A DNA stretch of 64,000 bases from Candidatus Bathyarchaeota archaeon. GTDB taxonomy: Archaea; Thermoproteota; Bathyarchaeia; 40CM-2-53-6; RBG-13-38-9. The notes under the pieces were generated by a model, which was not told the origin of the DNA, ran no database searches, and was given only the letters and a program-made list of their open reading frames with translations. The DNA lies in the NCBI GenBank assembly GCA_963807605.1, contig CAWECG010000002.1:1-64000 (forward strand), read 5' to 3'. The position numbers were made by a program, and so were the translations under genes. The number at the start of each line of letters is the position of its first letter. The first letter of the stretch is position 1. Below are positions 30,776 through 42,373 of the stretch, one piece after another.

Positions 30776-32041
30776 ATGGATAGACTTACAGAACTATCGC
30801 TACGGTACTTACGCTTATTTGAAGAGAATGTCAGCAGGAAGCAACTTTCAACTCAGGATCTTAAGACAGCTGAGGAAGAGAATCGGAAGTTCTGGCTTGA
30901 ACACTCAAAGGAAATGATTCTAGGGCTAGCCAATGAGTCGAGCCTGAAGACTGCCTATTATGGAGTGGTCATGCCAGTCGATCCATTAAACTACGTGAGA
31001 ATGACTGCTCTTTACAGCCACAGAATACTGATCCAAGACTTCTTGAGTATGGATGCTCTATCAGGAATGAACATCAAAATTGCCAGTCAGATAGCTGAAG
31101 TCCTTCGGAAGGATCTGTATAGCCTACGTAGATATGTCGAGGAAGGTATAGTGGTCATAACTCCTAGGTCTGAATACTATCTTTCAGATTCTGGAAAGCA
31201 GATAAAGAAAATAGCTGAAGAAGATTATAACAGAGCATTAAGAAACGATCTAGATGTAATCAATCTCAAACGAAATCCAAGAGTATTGAGAAGTATCGGG
31301 CATTTCATTTTGGAGTCTATGTCACCAGAGGAGGGAAAGACAGTTGCTCCTGTACTGGAGGACATCAAGAGATCCACGACAAGAAAAGAAATGCAGGAGT
31401 TGTTTAACCAACTAATGTTAATGGTTGGTGATAAAGCATATGCCGATGTCTTCGGAAAAGCTGTCTTCGAAGCTGTGGATGAAGGGCTTACTATGAGTGA
31501 TTTTACTAAGAGTGTTCTTTCGACAGAGGACGATTTATGCTATGAATATATGAAACTAAAACTGAAATACACATCCGGCAGACAATCAACATCGCTAGAC
31601 GAAGTTATCGTAAGTGTTCTGCCCAATATTGGGCTATGGTACTTGAAGAATTTGTCTGACGACGAGATTCTAAAGATCAGATCGAAGTCCTCCGAGTTTT
31701 ATGACCTGAGGGAGGACCTTAGAGATATTTTCCGTCGACTGCAAGACGCAAAGCCAATGCTGAAAGATGTCAGGCAGCAAGCCAGCGAGGCCAGAGCTAT
31801 CATAGAAAGCGACTTGAAAGAGATAGAAAGCAGACGCAAGATCATTAAGGGTCTCTACGGTGCTGGTGTGATTCAAGGAATGCTTGCCGCCGGATCGCTG
31901 CTTTTAGGTCTTACACCAATTGACGTTTTGCTCGGATCGTCTATGGCTACGACTTCCATTATCTCTGGATTGCTTGGATATACAAAAGACTCCCAAGAAA
32001 AGAAGAATTCACTATATCTATTCTGGAAAAAGCACAACTGA
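30776..32041 (+). CDS. Hypothetical protein with C-terminal hydrophobic hairpin
   Basis: 421-aa ORF with TTTATTAA promoter-like box upstream. Confidence 0.7.
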   Translation: MDRLTELSLRYLRLFEENVSRKQLSTQDLKTAEEENRKFWLEHSKEMILGLANESSLKTAYYGVVMPVDPLNYVRMTALYSHRILIQDFLSMDALSGMNIKIASQIAEVLRKDLYSLRRYVEEGIVVITPRSEYYLSDSGKQIKKIAEEDYNRALRNDLDVINLKRNPRVLRSIGHFILESMSPEEGKTVAPVLEDIKRSTTRKEMQELFNQLMLMVGDKAYADVFGKAVFEAVDEGLTMSDFTKSVLSTEDDLCYEYMKLKLKYTSGRQSTSLDEVIVSVLPNIGLWYLKNLSDDEILKIRSKSSEFYDLREDLRDIFRRLQDAKPMLKDVRQQASEARAIIESDLKEIESRRKIIKGLYGAGVIQGMLAAGSLLLGLTPIDVLLGSSMATTSIISGLLGYTKDSQEKKNSLYLFWKKHN

Positions 32042-33579
32042 GCCAGAGAAAGTGTTTCCAAATCTTCAAGAATATAGTCTATAGATAGCATATCGGCTTA
32101 CAATGGCTGGATCAACCGTTCTGCCTGCTAAAGACGGTATATAACATCAGTGGATTAAGGTCAAGGATTCTAAGGGTGAACAGGCTCTATCTCAAAAGTA
32201 CCTTAGAAATCTAGGAAGGAGATTCGAAGCCATAGTCGATTCAAAAGACAAGAGTCTGGACTTCTCCTTAATCATATGTTGAAGAAATCGCCCAAAATTT
32301 TGCGGAGCCGCTGTGAAGTTTAGATGTACAAACCTATTTCTCAGACGTAAGTTGTGCCAAAGCTCCTTCTTTTCTCGTCTTGTAAAGGGCGTCTTCGATA
32401 GCCGTTTTTTCTAAGGATGGGCTGCCTAGGATAAGGTCTACCCACCTCTTCAGTAGAGTTGCTTCTGGAGTCAGCGGTTCTACGAAGTGTGTGCGTATCA
32501 AGCCTGCCTCGAACCATTCTATGGCGGCGCTGACTGAATATTCCATTTCCATGTCTATTGCGAAGGAACCTATTGACCCAAGGTACTCTAGAGTGAATCT
32601 TCTTGCTGCTGGGTCGGCTAGAAACTGTTTTACCCACCCGGGTACTCTCCTGAATAGAAAGATAATTAAAAGTGTACATAAAGAAAGTAGTATGGATAGA
32701 AAATTACTAATCCATGCTGAGTTATGGGTCTAGGATGCATCTTTAATCGGTCTTTATCCGACACCTGACATTGAGTGTGTTCTGCGCCTGACTTTTCTTC
32801 ACATGCCATATCGACTTCATGCATTATTTGCTGTTGTGTTAGGCTCCTTGTTTATTGCTTTCAATGGTTGATTCCAAATCTTGCCTTGCCTGAGAGGTAT
32901 CGTGCTAACTCCTGCAATTTCAACGACAGTGGAATGAAGGCCGCTTCTCTTAGTTGTAGAGGAACTGAACAACAACTTGATCTTACCAAGAGTAAGACAT
33001 ATCAGAACTCTCTCAAGACACAAAGGTAAGACTTGGCTATTACATACCCGGAAAGTAACAAAAGGGTACAAAAGGTACACTTTGAGGGCACACCCCCTTT
33101 GACGGCGAATGAACATGGCTAAGACCAAAAATACAGGAAAAACTTCTTTCAACCTCTAAAAATGATGTCATAATAGCCATAAAACTCAGCAATCCTGCCT
33201 TATTTCAACAATTCTCCCTTATTGCACAGAGAAATAGCCGAAATGACTGGTGCCAACCCCAGTTATGGGCGTCGCGTATGGAGTAGATACGTGTGAGGAG
33301 AGGCCACAAAAAGGGGGCCCTTAACTAGCCTTCCATATTCAATAATTATGCCGGGTTAATGCTGAACCACCCTTTTGGTATTACGATGCACCGTTCCCTG
33401 TTAGCAAAGACCGGAACAGACAGAAGGTGTTGAAGCACCAGGATTTCACCGCTCATATGTGATCCAACTTGCCTTTTGCTGGAAACGGAACAAGAACGCC
33501 ATATCTTTCAAGGCATGGATGAATTGTACCAGGACTCTAGGGTTTGAAAAAGAGGACTGCTCTGTCTTCAGAAGAAGTC

Positions 33580-33613
33580 AAAGCCCCCGCAGGCTTCAGC
33601 CTGCGATAGTTCA
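33580..33613 (+). mobile_element. Isolated IS200/IS605-type right-end remnant
   Basis: AAAGCCCC-CGCAGGC-TTCA-GCCTGCG-ATAGTTCA, same layout as the 51469-51502 right end. Confidence 0.45.
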
Positions 33614-33717
33614 GGCTGAGTGAATTTAAGATTCGTAAGGCAGGCCACCTATCCAGATCTTTAAATACCAGTAACGATTTAGTTACTGGCAAGCAACTGG
33701 TTAGAGGTGAATAGAAT

Positions 33718-34248
33718 ATGTACTCATGGTCTGAAAGAGGACAAAGTTGGCAACCATACCAGCAACCTTTCCGTCAGCCGAGAAGTGGACCAATTTACAC
33801 ACCCTCAGGAATTATTCCCGATTCTAGTTATGCAGCAAACTGGCCCGAACTCCGACAATGGGTCCTCCAGAGGGATGGACATCAATGTACTAACACTACC
33901 ACAGACGCATACGGAAACTCATATCGTTGTCCAAATAGAAGTAATCTCCAAATCGACCATATCCTTCCCAAGTCCAAGGGTGGAAGCGATTACGTACAGA
34001 ACCTGCGAACCTTATGCGAGCGATGCCACTCTCAACGCCACCCACACATGTGGGCTCAATACCATACAGAACACCCAGAAGAATTCGGCTATCCACAACA
34101 AGGATCCTATACACAGCAGCCAGGATACTATCCTCAACATGGTTATCCACAGTCCGGCTATCCATATCAGCCTCAAAACTTCAGCTACCCACAAACATAT
34201 CCATTCTTTGCCCAACAAATCCATCAGCCCTACTTTAGATACTACTGA
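33718..34248 (+). CDS. HNH endonuclease with Q/Y/P/G-rich low-complexity tails
   Basis: WPELRQWVLQRDGHQC..C..LQIDHILPKSKGGSDYVQNLRTLCERCH; AGGTGA RBS, TTTAAATA box. Confidence 0.88.
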   Translation: MYSWSERGQSWQPYQQPFRQPRSGPIYTPSGIIPDSSYAANWPELRQWVLQRDGHQCTNTTTDAYGNSYRCPNRSNLQIDHILPKSKGGSDYVQNLRTLCERCHSQRHPHMWAQYHTEHPEEFGYPQQGSYTQQPGYYPQHGYPQSGYPYQPQNFSYPQTYPFFAQQIHQPYFRYY

Positions 34249-34369
34249 CAGGTAGCAGACAATCCCCCTCCCTTTTTGTTCCATCTTTTTCAAGAGGAAT
34301 AGCCACTTTTCAGTAGCTAGATCCAAACCGTTATACTTACTAGCATTCTATAAGGGAAAGTGAATAGGA

Positions 34370-34576
34370 ATGGTCCACATCGCAGAGAGTGTGATCTTCA
34401 AGATACGCAAGGTCAGTGAGGGGTATCAATACCAAGAAGTTCTGATCCGCGTTCCACGCAGCCTATGGGAGGATCCACGCTTCCCCATGGATCTCTCTAA
34501 GAAGCGAAGACAGAAAGTGATAATTGAATTTAGCGAGGATAAGATCACCATCTCTAAGCCACCAAAACCACCGTGA
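34370..34576 (+). CDS. AbrB/MazE-like small DNA-binding protein
   Basis: KIRKVS..EVLIRVPRSLWED...KVIIEFSEDKITISK. Confidence 0.5.
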   Translation: MVHIAESVIFKIRKVSEGYQYQEVLIRVPRSLWEDPRFPMDLSKKRRQKVIIEFSEDKITISKPPKPP

Positions 34577-34624
34577 AGACTCAAATCGTCATTCTAGTGA
34601 AAAATGCACATTCTGGCTTCAAGA

Positions 34625-34678
34625 ATCGGTTTTACAAGGCAAACATCGGTTTTACACACGACGGACATCGGTTTTACA
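34625..34678 (+). repeat. Three direct repeats ATCGGTTTTACA (iteron-like)
   Basis: Copies start at 34625, 34645, 34667. Confidence 0.85.
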
Positions 34679-35884
34679 ACCCCGAATCTTTCATTTTGCA
34701 TAGATGTAAGCCCTAAATCCTATCAAAATGACGGATTTACATGCCCATCTCAAAAGGTGCCATAGATCCCTCCTGTGTAAATCGGTTTTTCATGCTCTGT
34801 TAATCTGTCCAGTGTGTGCATTTTTGCTGTTTTAGTCGTTCTGGGATAGTTACTATGGGATTTTAGTGTGATTGTTGCTCTTTGTTGTTTAGTGGTTCTT
34901 ATCTTATTGTTATTCTTACTTGGTTCTTTTCTATTTCCTGTTTTGTATTCTTACTCTGTTACCTTGCTCTTTACTGTATTGTGATATTGCCTATTATGGC
35001 TATAATGGGTTGGTATAGCTCTTTTTGTCTGTCTTGTTTGTTATCTCTTTCTTTGTTCCTATTGTTGATTGATCTTACTCTATATTGTGTTCACGCTTAT
35101 TGTTGTTATGTTGTTCTTTCTCTTTGATTTGCTCTTTACAGCTTATTTAGGTTGTATTGTTGGATTACAGCCTATTTTAGCTGTTCTTTCTCTATGTTAG
35201 AGTGTAAGAGGTGTCTATCTCTCTTTCTCTCTTATCTCTTCCTGCTCTCTCTAATATTGAATAGCTCTCGTGTTCACTCTTGCTAAGTGCACTCAAGCAC
35301 CGTGGGGCTTTCTTGCACTCTATAATATGGGGATGCTCAGTCGCCGCTGGGCTTGTTAAGAGGAAATCTTAACAATCTCTCTTATGGTGTGCTTTATTGC
35401 TCTAGGATTCAATGGGTCTTTTGTAGCTAATCTTAGCAAACTCCATCCCTGTATGAAACGGCAGGGTTCTCCAAATTTGGAGAAAGCTGTTTGGTTACCT
35501 AATGTAGTTATGGTCTATCTCTCTTAATGTTGAAGTGGTTTATGGTTTGAAGTAGGGATATGGATTTAACTTGTAGGTTAATGGCTAATTGGTTATATCT
35601 GGTGACCTGGCTTTATCTCTATTCCGTATTAACCGCTTTTGCCAAATTTGACAAAATCGGTTTTGTTCTTCTGGTGGTTTAATCTCTTATCTCTATGGAT
35701 GCTTGGTATGATTGGGATATACCGCTCTTAATACTATGTTTACAAGGTAGAATGATAGGATTTAAGACAGCAATTTGGTTTTATCTCTCTATATGGGGGG
35801 TTGGGTTTGGGTCTTGGTTTCTGTCATTTTGATAGGGAGCCGGTTCCCCTACAAATTGACATCTTTTTAATCTCTGTAGGTGGT

Positions 35885-36265
35885 CTGGTAGGACTTGAAA
35901 TCCCTCACTCCCACCTGCCATAGGATCGACTGCCAAGTCATTCTGTTTGGCATAGTAATACAGGACGTTCAGTAAGATGCCGCCTGGAATCGCCCCGGGA
36001 TATCCTTCTTTGCCAAACAGTACCGACTCCTCGAAGGTCCATATGTTGTGGATCTTCGGTACGAAGGGGAATTGGCCGGCTCGCTCAAACTCTTCTTTCT
36101 TCTTGATCTGTCTGAGATTCTTCAGGGCCTCCTTCCGATTGTCTGCGTTCTTGACATCGTCATACCTGCTAGCGTAGTCGACCAGCTCCTTGTCACGTGT
36201 GATCGTTGTTCTTGAGACACCTAAGATCTCGGCTGACTTTGCCTCTGACCAAGACCCTGAGAAAC
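35885..36265 (-). pseudogene. HTH + DNA methyltransferase internal fragment (ParB-methylase type; not in ORF track)
   Basis: Manual translation WSEAKSAEILGVSRTTITRD...NIWTF...YPGAIPGGILLNVLYYY..DLAVDPMAGG. Confidence 0.7.
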
Positions 36266-36557
36266 TGGTGAAAAACAGCGATTAGACCTCTATCGGCACC
36301 ATAACTATAAGGGAACTGGAATTCTGGCTAATTCAAGAAGAGGGCACTCAGACCAGTTAGTTCAAATACGATAAACAGCTAAACCGCTAGAATCTAGGAT
36401 ACGCGACCCTAAAAAGTTCTGAAGTCTGTTGCAGCGGAGTGAAGGGTTACACTGGACCACGCATGTAGTTCTACGAGATTTGGGCGAACGAAATTCGAGT
36501 TGAATTCTTGGCAGATTTTTTGTTTAAGTGTAAACTATAAGTCTGAACCTATTGTGA

Positions 36558-37052
36558 TTGTTACAAAACTTAGGCGAGAAAATGTTAGCCCAAGTGCAGC
36601 AGGATGATCCTTCCGTGGAAGCATGGATGAGCATTGTAAGTGCTTACAGAGTTGTGCATGTTCTTTTGAATCAGCAACTGGCCGAAAGCGGACTGACCTT
36701 TCCTCAATATCGAGTGATTAGGGCGCTGGGAAAATTTGGAGCTATGCCGATGAACAAGATTAGTGAACACATGCTTGTGACGCCTGCCAACATCACGGGT
36801 TTGGTTGATAGACTTGAAGGAAGAGGCCATATCGAACGCGTCGAAAGAGGCACTGACAGAAGAGTCAGCAGAATAAAACTCACAAGAAAAGGAAAGACCT
36901 TGTATCAGCGAACAAGTGTGCAAAATAGGAAATCGGTCAATCGAATCATGAGAGTTTTAACTAATGATGAGCTACTGCGCTTAGGCAGACTTCTCCAGAA
37001 AATCAAAGGGGCAGCCCTTGAAGAGGGGAGTATCCGTAATGAAAGCCATTGA
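36558..37052 (+). CDS. MarR-family transcriptional regulator
   Basis: GLTFPQYRVI..ANITGLVDRLEGRGHIER..DRR. Confidence 0.92.
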   Translation: MLQNLGEKMLAQVQQDDPSVEAWMSIVSAYRVVHVLLNQQLAESGLTFPQYRVIRALGKFGAMPMNKISEHMLVTPANITGLVDRLEGRGHIERVERGTDRRVSRIKLTRKGKTLYQRTSVQNRKSVNRIMRVLTNDELLRLGRLLQKIKGAALEEGSIRNESH

Positions 37053-37974
37053 AGTGCAGAGTCTAAGCAAGACCTACTCCACTCTGAAGGCGGTTGATGA
37101 AATATCGTTCAGTGTGGATGAGGGGGAAATCTTCGGGCTTGTCGGCTTAAATGGAGCTGGCAAGACAACGACGATATTAATGCTGTCGTCTCTTCTAAAT
37201 CCTGATTCTGGCGGCGCCACCGTCGGCGGTTATGACATCGTAAAAGAGAAGGATGGCGTGAGGCGGTCCATCGGGCTTGTATTCGAGGAGGAGGCTGTTG
37301 ACATCTACCTTACGGGCAAGCAGAATCTGGATTTTGCGGCACGCATGTATAACCTTCCCAAACAAGTGAGAGAGAAGAGGGTGGCAGAGGTTCTCAAGAC
37401 TGTTGGGTTGGAAGCACATGCTGATGCACAAGTAAATGATTACTCCGGGGGGATGTTACGCAGGCTTGAGATAGCGAGAGGAATGCTGACGTCCCCTGAG
37501 GTTCTCTTTCTTGACGAGCCGACGATAGGGCTGGACGTGCAGACGAGAAGATATCTCTGGGATTACATCAGGCGAGTGAACAAGGAGAAGGGTATAACCG
37601 TTCTGTTGGCCACATCATATCTTGACGAGGCTGATTACCTCTGTAATAGGATAGCAATCATAGATGAAGGCAGGATAATCGTGACCGGCACGCCAGAGGA
37701 GTTAAAAACCTCAATGGGTGAAGATCTGATAACGCTCAAGCTATCAAAGGGCTCTGAGGAGGATTTTGTAGCACGTCTGCAAGAGATGGATTGGGTAAAC
37801 AACATTGAAAAAAATGACTCATTAATGTTGAGCATGAAAGATAGAAGTGTGGGAATACTGGAAATAGTGAGGTTCGCCAGAAAGCACGGATTTGGTGTTT
37901 CCTCCATAAAATCGCGCAGAGCGAGCTTGAACGATGTCCTTCTGCATTACACGAAGAAGAGAGCGGAGGAATAG
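37039..37974 (+). CDS. ABC exporter ATP-binding protein (DrrA-like)
   Basis: GLNGAGKTT, YSGGM, FLDEPTIGLD. Confidence 0.92.
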   Translation: MKAIEVQSLSKTYSTLKAVDEISFSVDEGEIFGLVGLNGAGKTTTILMLSSLLNPDSGGATVGGYDIVKEKDGVRRSIGLVFEEEAVDIYLTGKQNLDFAARMYNLPKQVREKRVAEVLKTVGLEAHADAQVNDYSGGMLRRLEIARGMLTSPEVLFLDEPTIGLDVQTRRYLWDYIRRVNKEKGITVLLATSYLDEADYLCNRIAIIDEGRIIVTGTPEELKTSMGEDLITLKLSKGSEEDFVARLQEMDWVNNIEKNDSLMLSMKDRSVGILEIVRFARKHGFGVSSIKSRRASLNDVLLHYTKKRAEE

Positions 37975-37979
37975 GAAAG

Positions 37980-38979
37980 ATGGAAAACGTCATAGAGATA
38001 AACGAGCTCACAAAGAAGTTTGGCGACTTCGTAGCGGTTGACCACATTAGCTTCACAGTCAAGAAAGGCGAGATATTCGGATTTCTCGGTCCGAATGGAG
38101 CTGGAAAAACAACAGCCATAAAGATGTTGACAACACTTCTGCATCCAACATCAGGTTCTGCCAAGATTTGCGGGCATGATGTAGTCAAAGAGCGCGATGA
38201 GGTAAGAAGCTGCATAGGAATAGTCTTCCAAGACCGCTCCAGCGACTGGTGGTTGACAGGAAGAGAGAACCTTGATTTCCATGCAAGGATGTATCAATAT
38301 AAGTAGCGAGGATAGGAGGAGAAAGATAGAGGAGGTTCTTGACTTGCTTGAGCTGAAGGGAAAAGAGAACATCAAGCTTTACGATTTGCCTGAAGGGGTT
38401 CGACGCAGATTTGAGGTGGCGAGAGGCTTCATGACTTCTCCTGATGTTGTGTTCCTCGATGAGCCGACAATAGGGTTCGATATAAAGGCGAGGATGGATT
38501 TGTGGAGTCAGATAAGGAAGGCGAAGGAGAAGGAAGGTGTAACGGTCGTACTCACAACGCATTACATAGAGGAGGCGGATTACCTCTGCGACCGTGTGGC
38601 AATCATCGATCAGGCAAGGATAATTGCAATAGATACGCCTAAAAAACTGAAGGAGGCTGTAGGCGAGGATTTAATCTCACTCCAAATTGCTGATGGGAAA
38701 GAGAAAGAGGCTGAGTTCATGGAGAAGTTAAAAGAGCTTGATTGGGTGAAGAGCGTTGAGGAGTACGGCAACTCCATATTGTTGAACGTGAAGAGCGGTG
38801 AAGGGAGGGTGGCTGACCTCGTAGATTTCGCAGATAAACATGGGTTTGTCATAACGTCTATAGATGAGCATGAACCAAGCTTGGAGGACGTCTTTGTGCA
38901 CTTCACCGGCAGGACAATAAGAGCGGCTGAAGGCGGCGTGAAAGAGATTAAAATGAAAAGAAGCATGAGAGGGAGCTAG
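37980..38979 (+). pseudogene. Second DrrA-like ABC ATP-binding protein, +1 frameshift ~38297
   Basis: GPNGAGKTT in 37980-38306; FLDEPTIG and TTHYIEEA in 38272-38979. Confidence 0.88.
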
Positions 38980-39049
38980 GAAGATAAAATGGGAGTGAAA
39001 GGAGTAAAACAAAGAAGAACCGATATTTGAAGGGCAACCGATTTACAGC

Positions 39050-39820
39050 ATGTGGTTGAGGGAGGTGATACGATTCTTCCGCATGAAACCACGAGTCATC
39101 GCTTTTATAGTCTCGCCGTTCACTTGGCTCATTCTCCTAGGCATCCCACTGAGTAGGCTGTTCCCAGGAGGGAATCTGCTCGGAGGGATGTCCTTCTTCG
39201 CATTCATCGTTCCCGGAATCCTCGGCATGGGCTTGCTCTTCGGAGGCACGAATAGCGGGGTAACAGTCCTCTGGGACAAGGAGTTTGGCTTCCTGAAGGA
39301 GGTGATGGTCGCACCTGTGAGGCGCACATCACTCATGATAGGCAGGAGCCTCGGCGCAATGACGGTCGCAATTCTTCAAGCTCTAATCACAATAGGACTT
39401 GCTCTACTCTTTGGTATATGGTTCGGTTTCCAAATAAACAGCGTTGCTGGTTTCTTCCTGGCGGTAGTCTTCATGATAATCACCTTCTTCGCTGCTGTTG
39501 GTTTCGGCTTGACGCTTGGTGCTTTGATTGAGGAAACGGAGGGATTTATGACTATTGTGCGTGTGATAGAGATGCCTATGTTCTTCCTGTCCGGCGGTAT
39601 GTTTCCAATAAATCTGATTAAAAGTATACCTGTTTTGTATCAAATACAGTTCCTCAATCCCCTTACTTATGGTGTTGACGGGATTAGGGGCGCCGTCAGC
39701 GGTGTATATCTCCTGCCGCCATGGATTGATTTCACTGTCATAGTCGCTTTCGCATTGGTATTCCTGTTCCTTGGTACCTACTGCATTCTCGAAGATGGAA
39801 GTTGGGTAAACGCACACTAA
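39050..39820 (+). CDS. ABC-2 type permease (DrrB-like)
   Basis: FIVPGIL, DKEFGFLKEVMVAPV, FFLSGGMFP, NPLTYGVDGIR. Confidence 0.9.
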   Translation: MWLREVIRFFRMKPRVIAFIVSPFTWLILLGIPLSRLFPGGNLLGGMSFFAFIVPGILGMGLLFGGTNSGVTVLWDKEFGFLKEVMVAPVRRTSLMIGRSLGAMTVAILQALITIGLALLFGIWFGFQINSVAGFFLAVVFMIITFFAAVGFGLTLGALIEETEGFMTIVRVIEMPMFFLSGGMFPINLIKSIPVLYQIQFLNPLTYGVDGIRGAVSGVYLLPPWIDFTVIVAFALVFLFLGTYCILEDGSWVNAH

Positions 39821-39933
39821 AGCACTGTATACATCGCTTTTCGATTACTTGACCAGTGAATGAGTTTTTATGTCAAAATTTGACTGAGCAACTTGGCAAT
39901 TGTTAATATTCTGGGATATCTATCAATGCGTCA

Positions 39934-40305
39934 GTGACGGTAAGCCTACCATCGATCAATGAGATCCTAAGAAACAAGGATCTCTGGAAGGTCGTGCTCT
40001 ATTCTTCTCTTCTCGAGTTTTTCGGAAAGATCAGGCTAAAGGAGTTCTTTGAAGCTCGCGAAATAAAACAGGAAAAAAGGCTCAGGAGGCTAGACAAACT
40101 TTCTCTTAACCCGGTGCGTGAGACGCTCAAAGACCTTCAACTCATAGAACAGACAATATGTGAGAGGATTGGAGATGTACAGAAAGTGAGGAATGAGTTT
40201 GTCCACAACATACTTCTCTCCTCCATACTATTTGACGAGGACAAGGCTGAGAAAGCAGCTGCATATGCAAAGCGATGCATCTCTGCACTGAGCACTTCCA
40301 CATGA
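39934..40305 (+). CDS. HEPN-like protein
   Basis: RNEFVH (R-x4-H) in a helical protein. Confidence 0.5.
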   Translation: MTVSLPSINEILRNKDLWKVVLYSSLLEFFGKIRLKEFFEAREIKQEKRLRRLDKLSLNPVRETLKDLQLIEQTICERIGDVQKVRNEFVHNILLSSILFDEDKAEKAAAYAKRCISALSTST

Positions 40306-40406
40306 AGTACCTCATCAATGTTCAGTTTTCGCACATCAAAGAATTACTGTCCAAAAGCCTATTGTACCTTCTTTGTTTGAACTAGCTTCCTGCACACTGA
40401 TGATGG

Positions 40407-41924
40407 CTAAGCTGCAGAAGATTCTAGAAGAGAAGGAACTAATCTACTACGACAAGGTACAGATTCGCCCCCTCGCAGCCCTTGCCCGCTGTCGCTTAGT
40501 TCGACCCGTTTCGACCCTTTTCTAAGGTTTTCCCATTCATTCAGGTTCTTGATGCATCCTACATCTGGTGCTAGGTAGTCGGAGAAATAGCCTAGAGCGC
40601 GAGCTCTACATCCGCCGCAGACGTATCTGTTTTCGCAACTACCACACCCCGGCTTTAGCAAGTCCTTATTCCGTAGTTCTTTGAGAATTTGGTTTTCTTG
40701 CCAGATCTTTTCGAAGTTGGAAGTTCGGAGATTGCCCACAACCAGGTCTGGCATGAAGACGCAAGGAGTGACGAGACCGTTAGGCTGAATCGCGCAGTAG
40801 AGTCTACCGGCACCGCAACCTCCAATGAACTGAGCCAGATCCCGGAGGCCCCAGTTCCTGCTTTTTCCCACATAGAAGTGTGTAGGTGCGGATAGTCCTC
40901 CACAAGACTCCTCCACAGCGACTCTTCCGAACTGAGGCGCCGTGGAGAGGACTTCGATACCTGGGACTTTAGACTCTTTGATAAGAGTCCTTAGCAGTTC
41001 CTCCCTCTCCTCAGGCGTTATGTCCGCTTGAATGATCCCGCGACCTCTGCCAGTGGGGATGAAATTAAAATGAATGAAACGGTCAACCTTCATCTTGCGT
41101 CCTAACTTGATGATGTCGCAGACTTCCTTCAGATTATATCTAGTTACTGTGGTAGCTATCGATGTGAAGATCCCTGCCTCTACACAGTTCCTTATCCCTT
41201 GAAGCGAGAGAGCATGCGAACCGGGGACCCCTCTGAAGACGTCGTGTAACTCTGGGGAGGCAGCGTCCAAGCTGACCTCCACATAACAGACATCGATCTT
41301 CCTAAGCAGTCTAGCTGTCGCCGGCGTGATCAATGTGCCGTTGGTAGCTAGGGCAACATGCATATCGCTCTCTCTGGCGACTTGGGCGACATCAAAGAAG
41401 TCAGGACTCATCAAGGGCTCGCCGCCGGAGAATGCGATCGAGACAACACCTGCATCCCTAAGCTCCTTGACGACGCCGAATTTCTCCTCCAAGGACAGTT
41501 CATCGCTAGCCCTTTTACCAGCGTTTTGATAACAGTGTCTACACCTCAGATTGCAGGCATTTGTGAGGTTCCAGACCACTAAGAAGGGAGCCTTCAAGAG
41601 CTGGGGGCGTGTAACGCCGTAATATCCTATACTGCTCAGTACTGCTACTACTGCCCTTCTGACAATTGGATCCCTAAGGTATTCTCTGATTGATTCCACA
41701 TTTGTGCCAAAAGCTTGGCAGCCAGTGCTGAGTATCATCTTGACCAGAAAGAAGTAGATACGGTCGGTCAAGCCTCCAGAGGACTCCTCGAATGCAAAGC
41801 TTCTTAAAGCTTGATCTAGCCTTGACCGGTCTTCTGATCCGGTTCTGTCGCCGACTCGTATAATAGCTCTTGATATGGGATTATTCATTCCTACCTGTAG
41901 GAGCCGTACCGTATCCAGGAGCAC
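40407..41924 (-). CDS. Radical SAM/SPASM domain protein
   Basis: CNLRCRHC, SGGEPL, GCGAGR..PC..CGSC..CGGCRARA. Confidence 0.92.
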   Translation of the reverse strand: MLLDTVRLLQVGMNNPISRAIIRVGDRTGSEDRSRLDQALRSFAFEESSGGLTDRIYFFLVKMILSTGCQAFGTNVESIREYLRDPIVRRAVVAVLSSIGYYGVTRPQLLKAPFLVVWNLTNACNLRCRHCYQNAGKRASDELSLEEKFGVVKELRDAGVVSIAFSGGEPLMSPDFFDVAQVARESDMHVALATNGTLITPATARLLRKIDVCYVEVSLDAASPELHDVFRGVPGSHALSLQGIRNCVEAGIFTSIATTVTRYNLKEVCDIIKLGRKMKVDRFIHFNFIPTGRGRGIIQADITPEEREELLRTLIKESKVPGIEVLSTAPQFGRVAVEESCGGLSAPTHFYVGKSRNWGLRDLAQFIGGCGAGRLYCAIQPNGLVTPCVFMPDLVVGNLRTSNFEKIWQENQILKELRNKDLLKPGCGSCENRYVCGGCRARALGYFSDYLAPDVGCIKNLNEWENLRKGSKRVELSDSGQGLRGGESVPCRSRLVPSLLESSAA

Positions 41925-42373
41925 AACTCATCCCTCCATCAATCCAGACAGTTGAGACGGGTTGGGTGACAGAATCCATAGAGAAAATGGTCGTCCACAC
42001 TAAAATAGTTTAAGTAGATTATCGAGTGTCGCAACAGCACTATTATTATAGGACGCTTTGCGCATGAAAGGCGCTGGATTGTTCGCAGAAGGCTTAAAGC
42101 TGGAAGATTGCGAATATCGCTGAAGCATATCATCCCTATTTTCTCCCTTTTTTGACCGGCAGTCTATATCAGGCGCTCGTCCTCAGACTACCTATCTCTA
42201 TTGGGCAGAAGAATAGGGAAGCACAGAACGATTCTTAAACTTGGAGCGCCAGACGTGCTTCGCGAAATCGATCTATCTGTAAGTGAAAACATTCATGATT
42301 TCCTGGTGGGAGATGGCTCAATGGGCGTTGATCACTTTCGCAACACCTCTCATCATTGCATTGTTTCCGTTCT

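Noticed and set aside
34882-35127. Hydrophobic 81-aa ORF
   Set aside because: By-product of the T-rich skewed region (F/L/C/Y-rich), with no RBS or motif.
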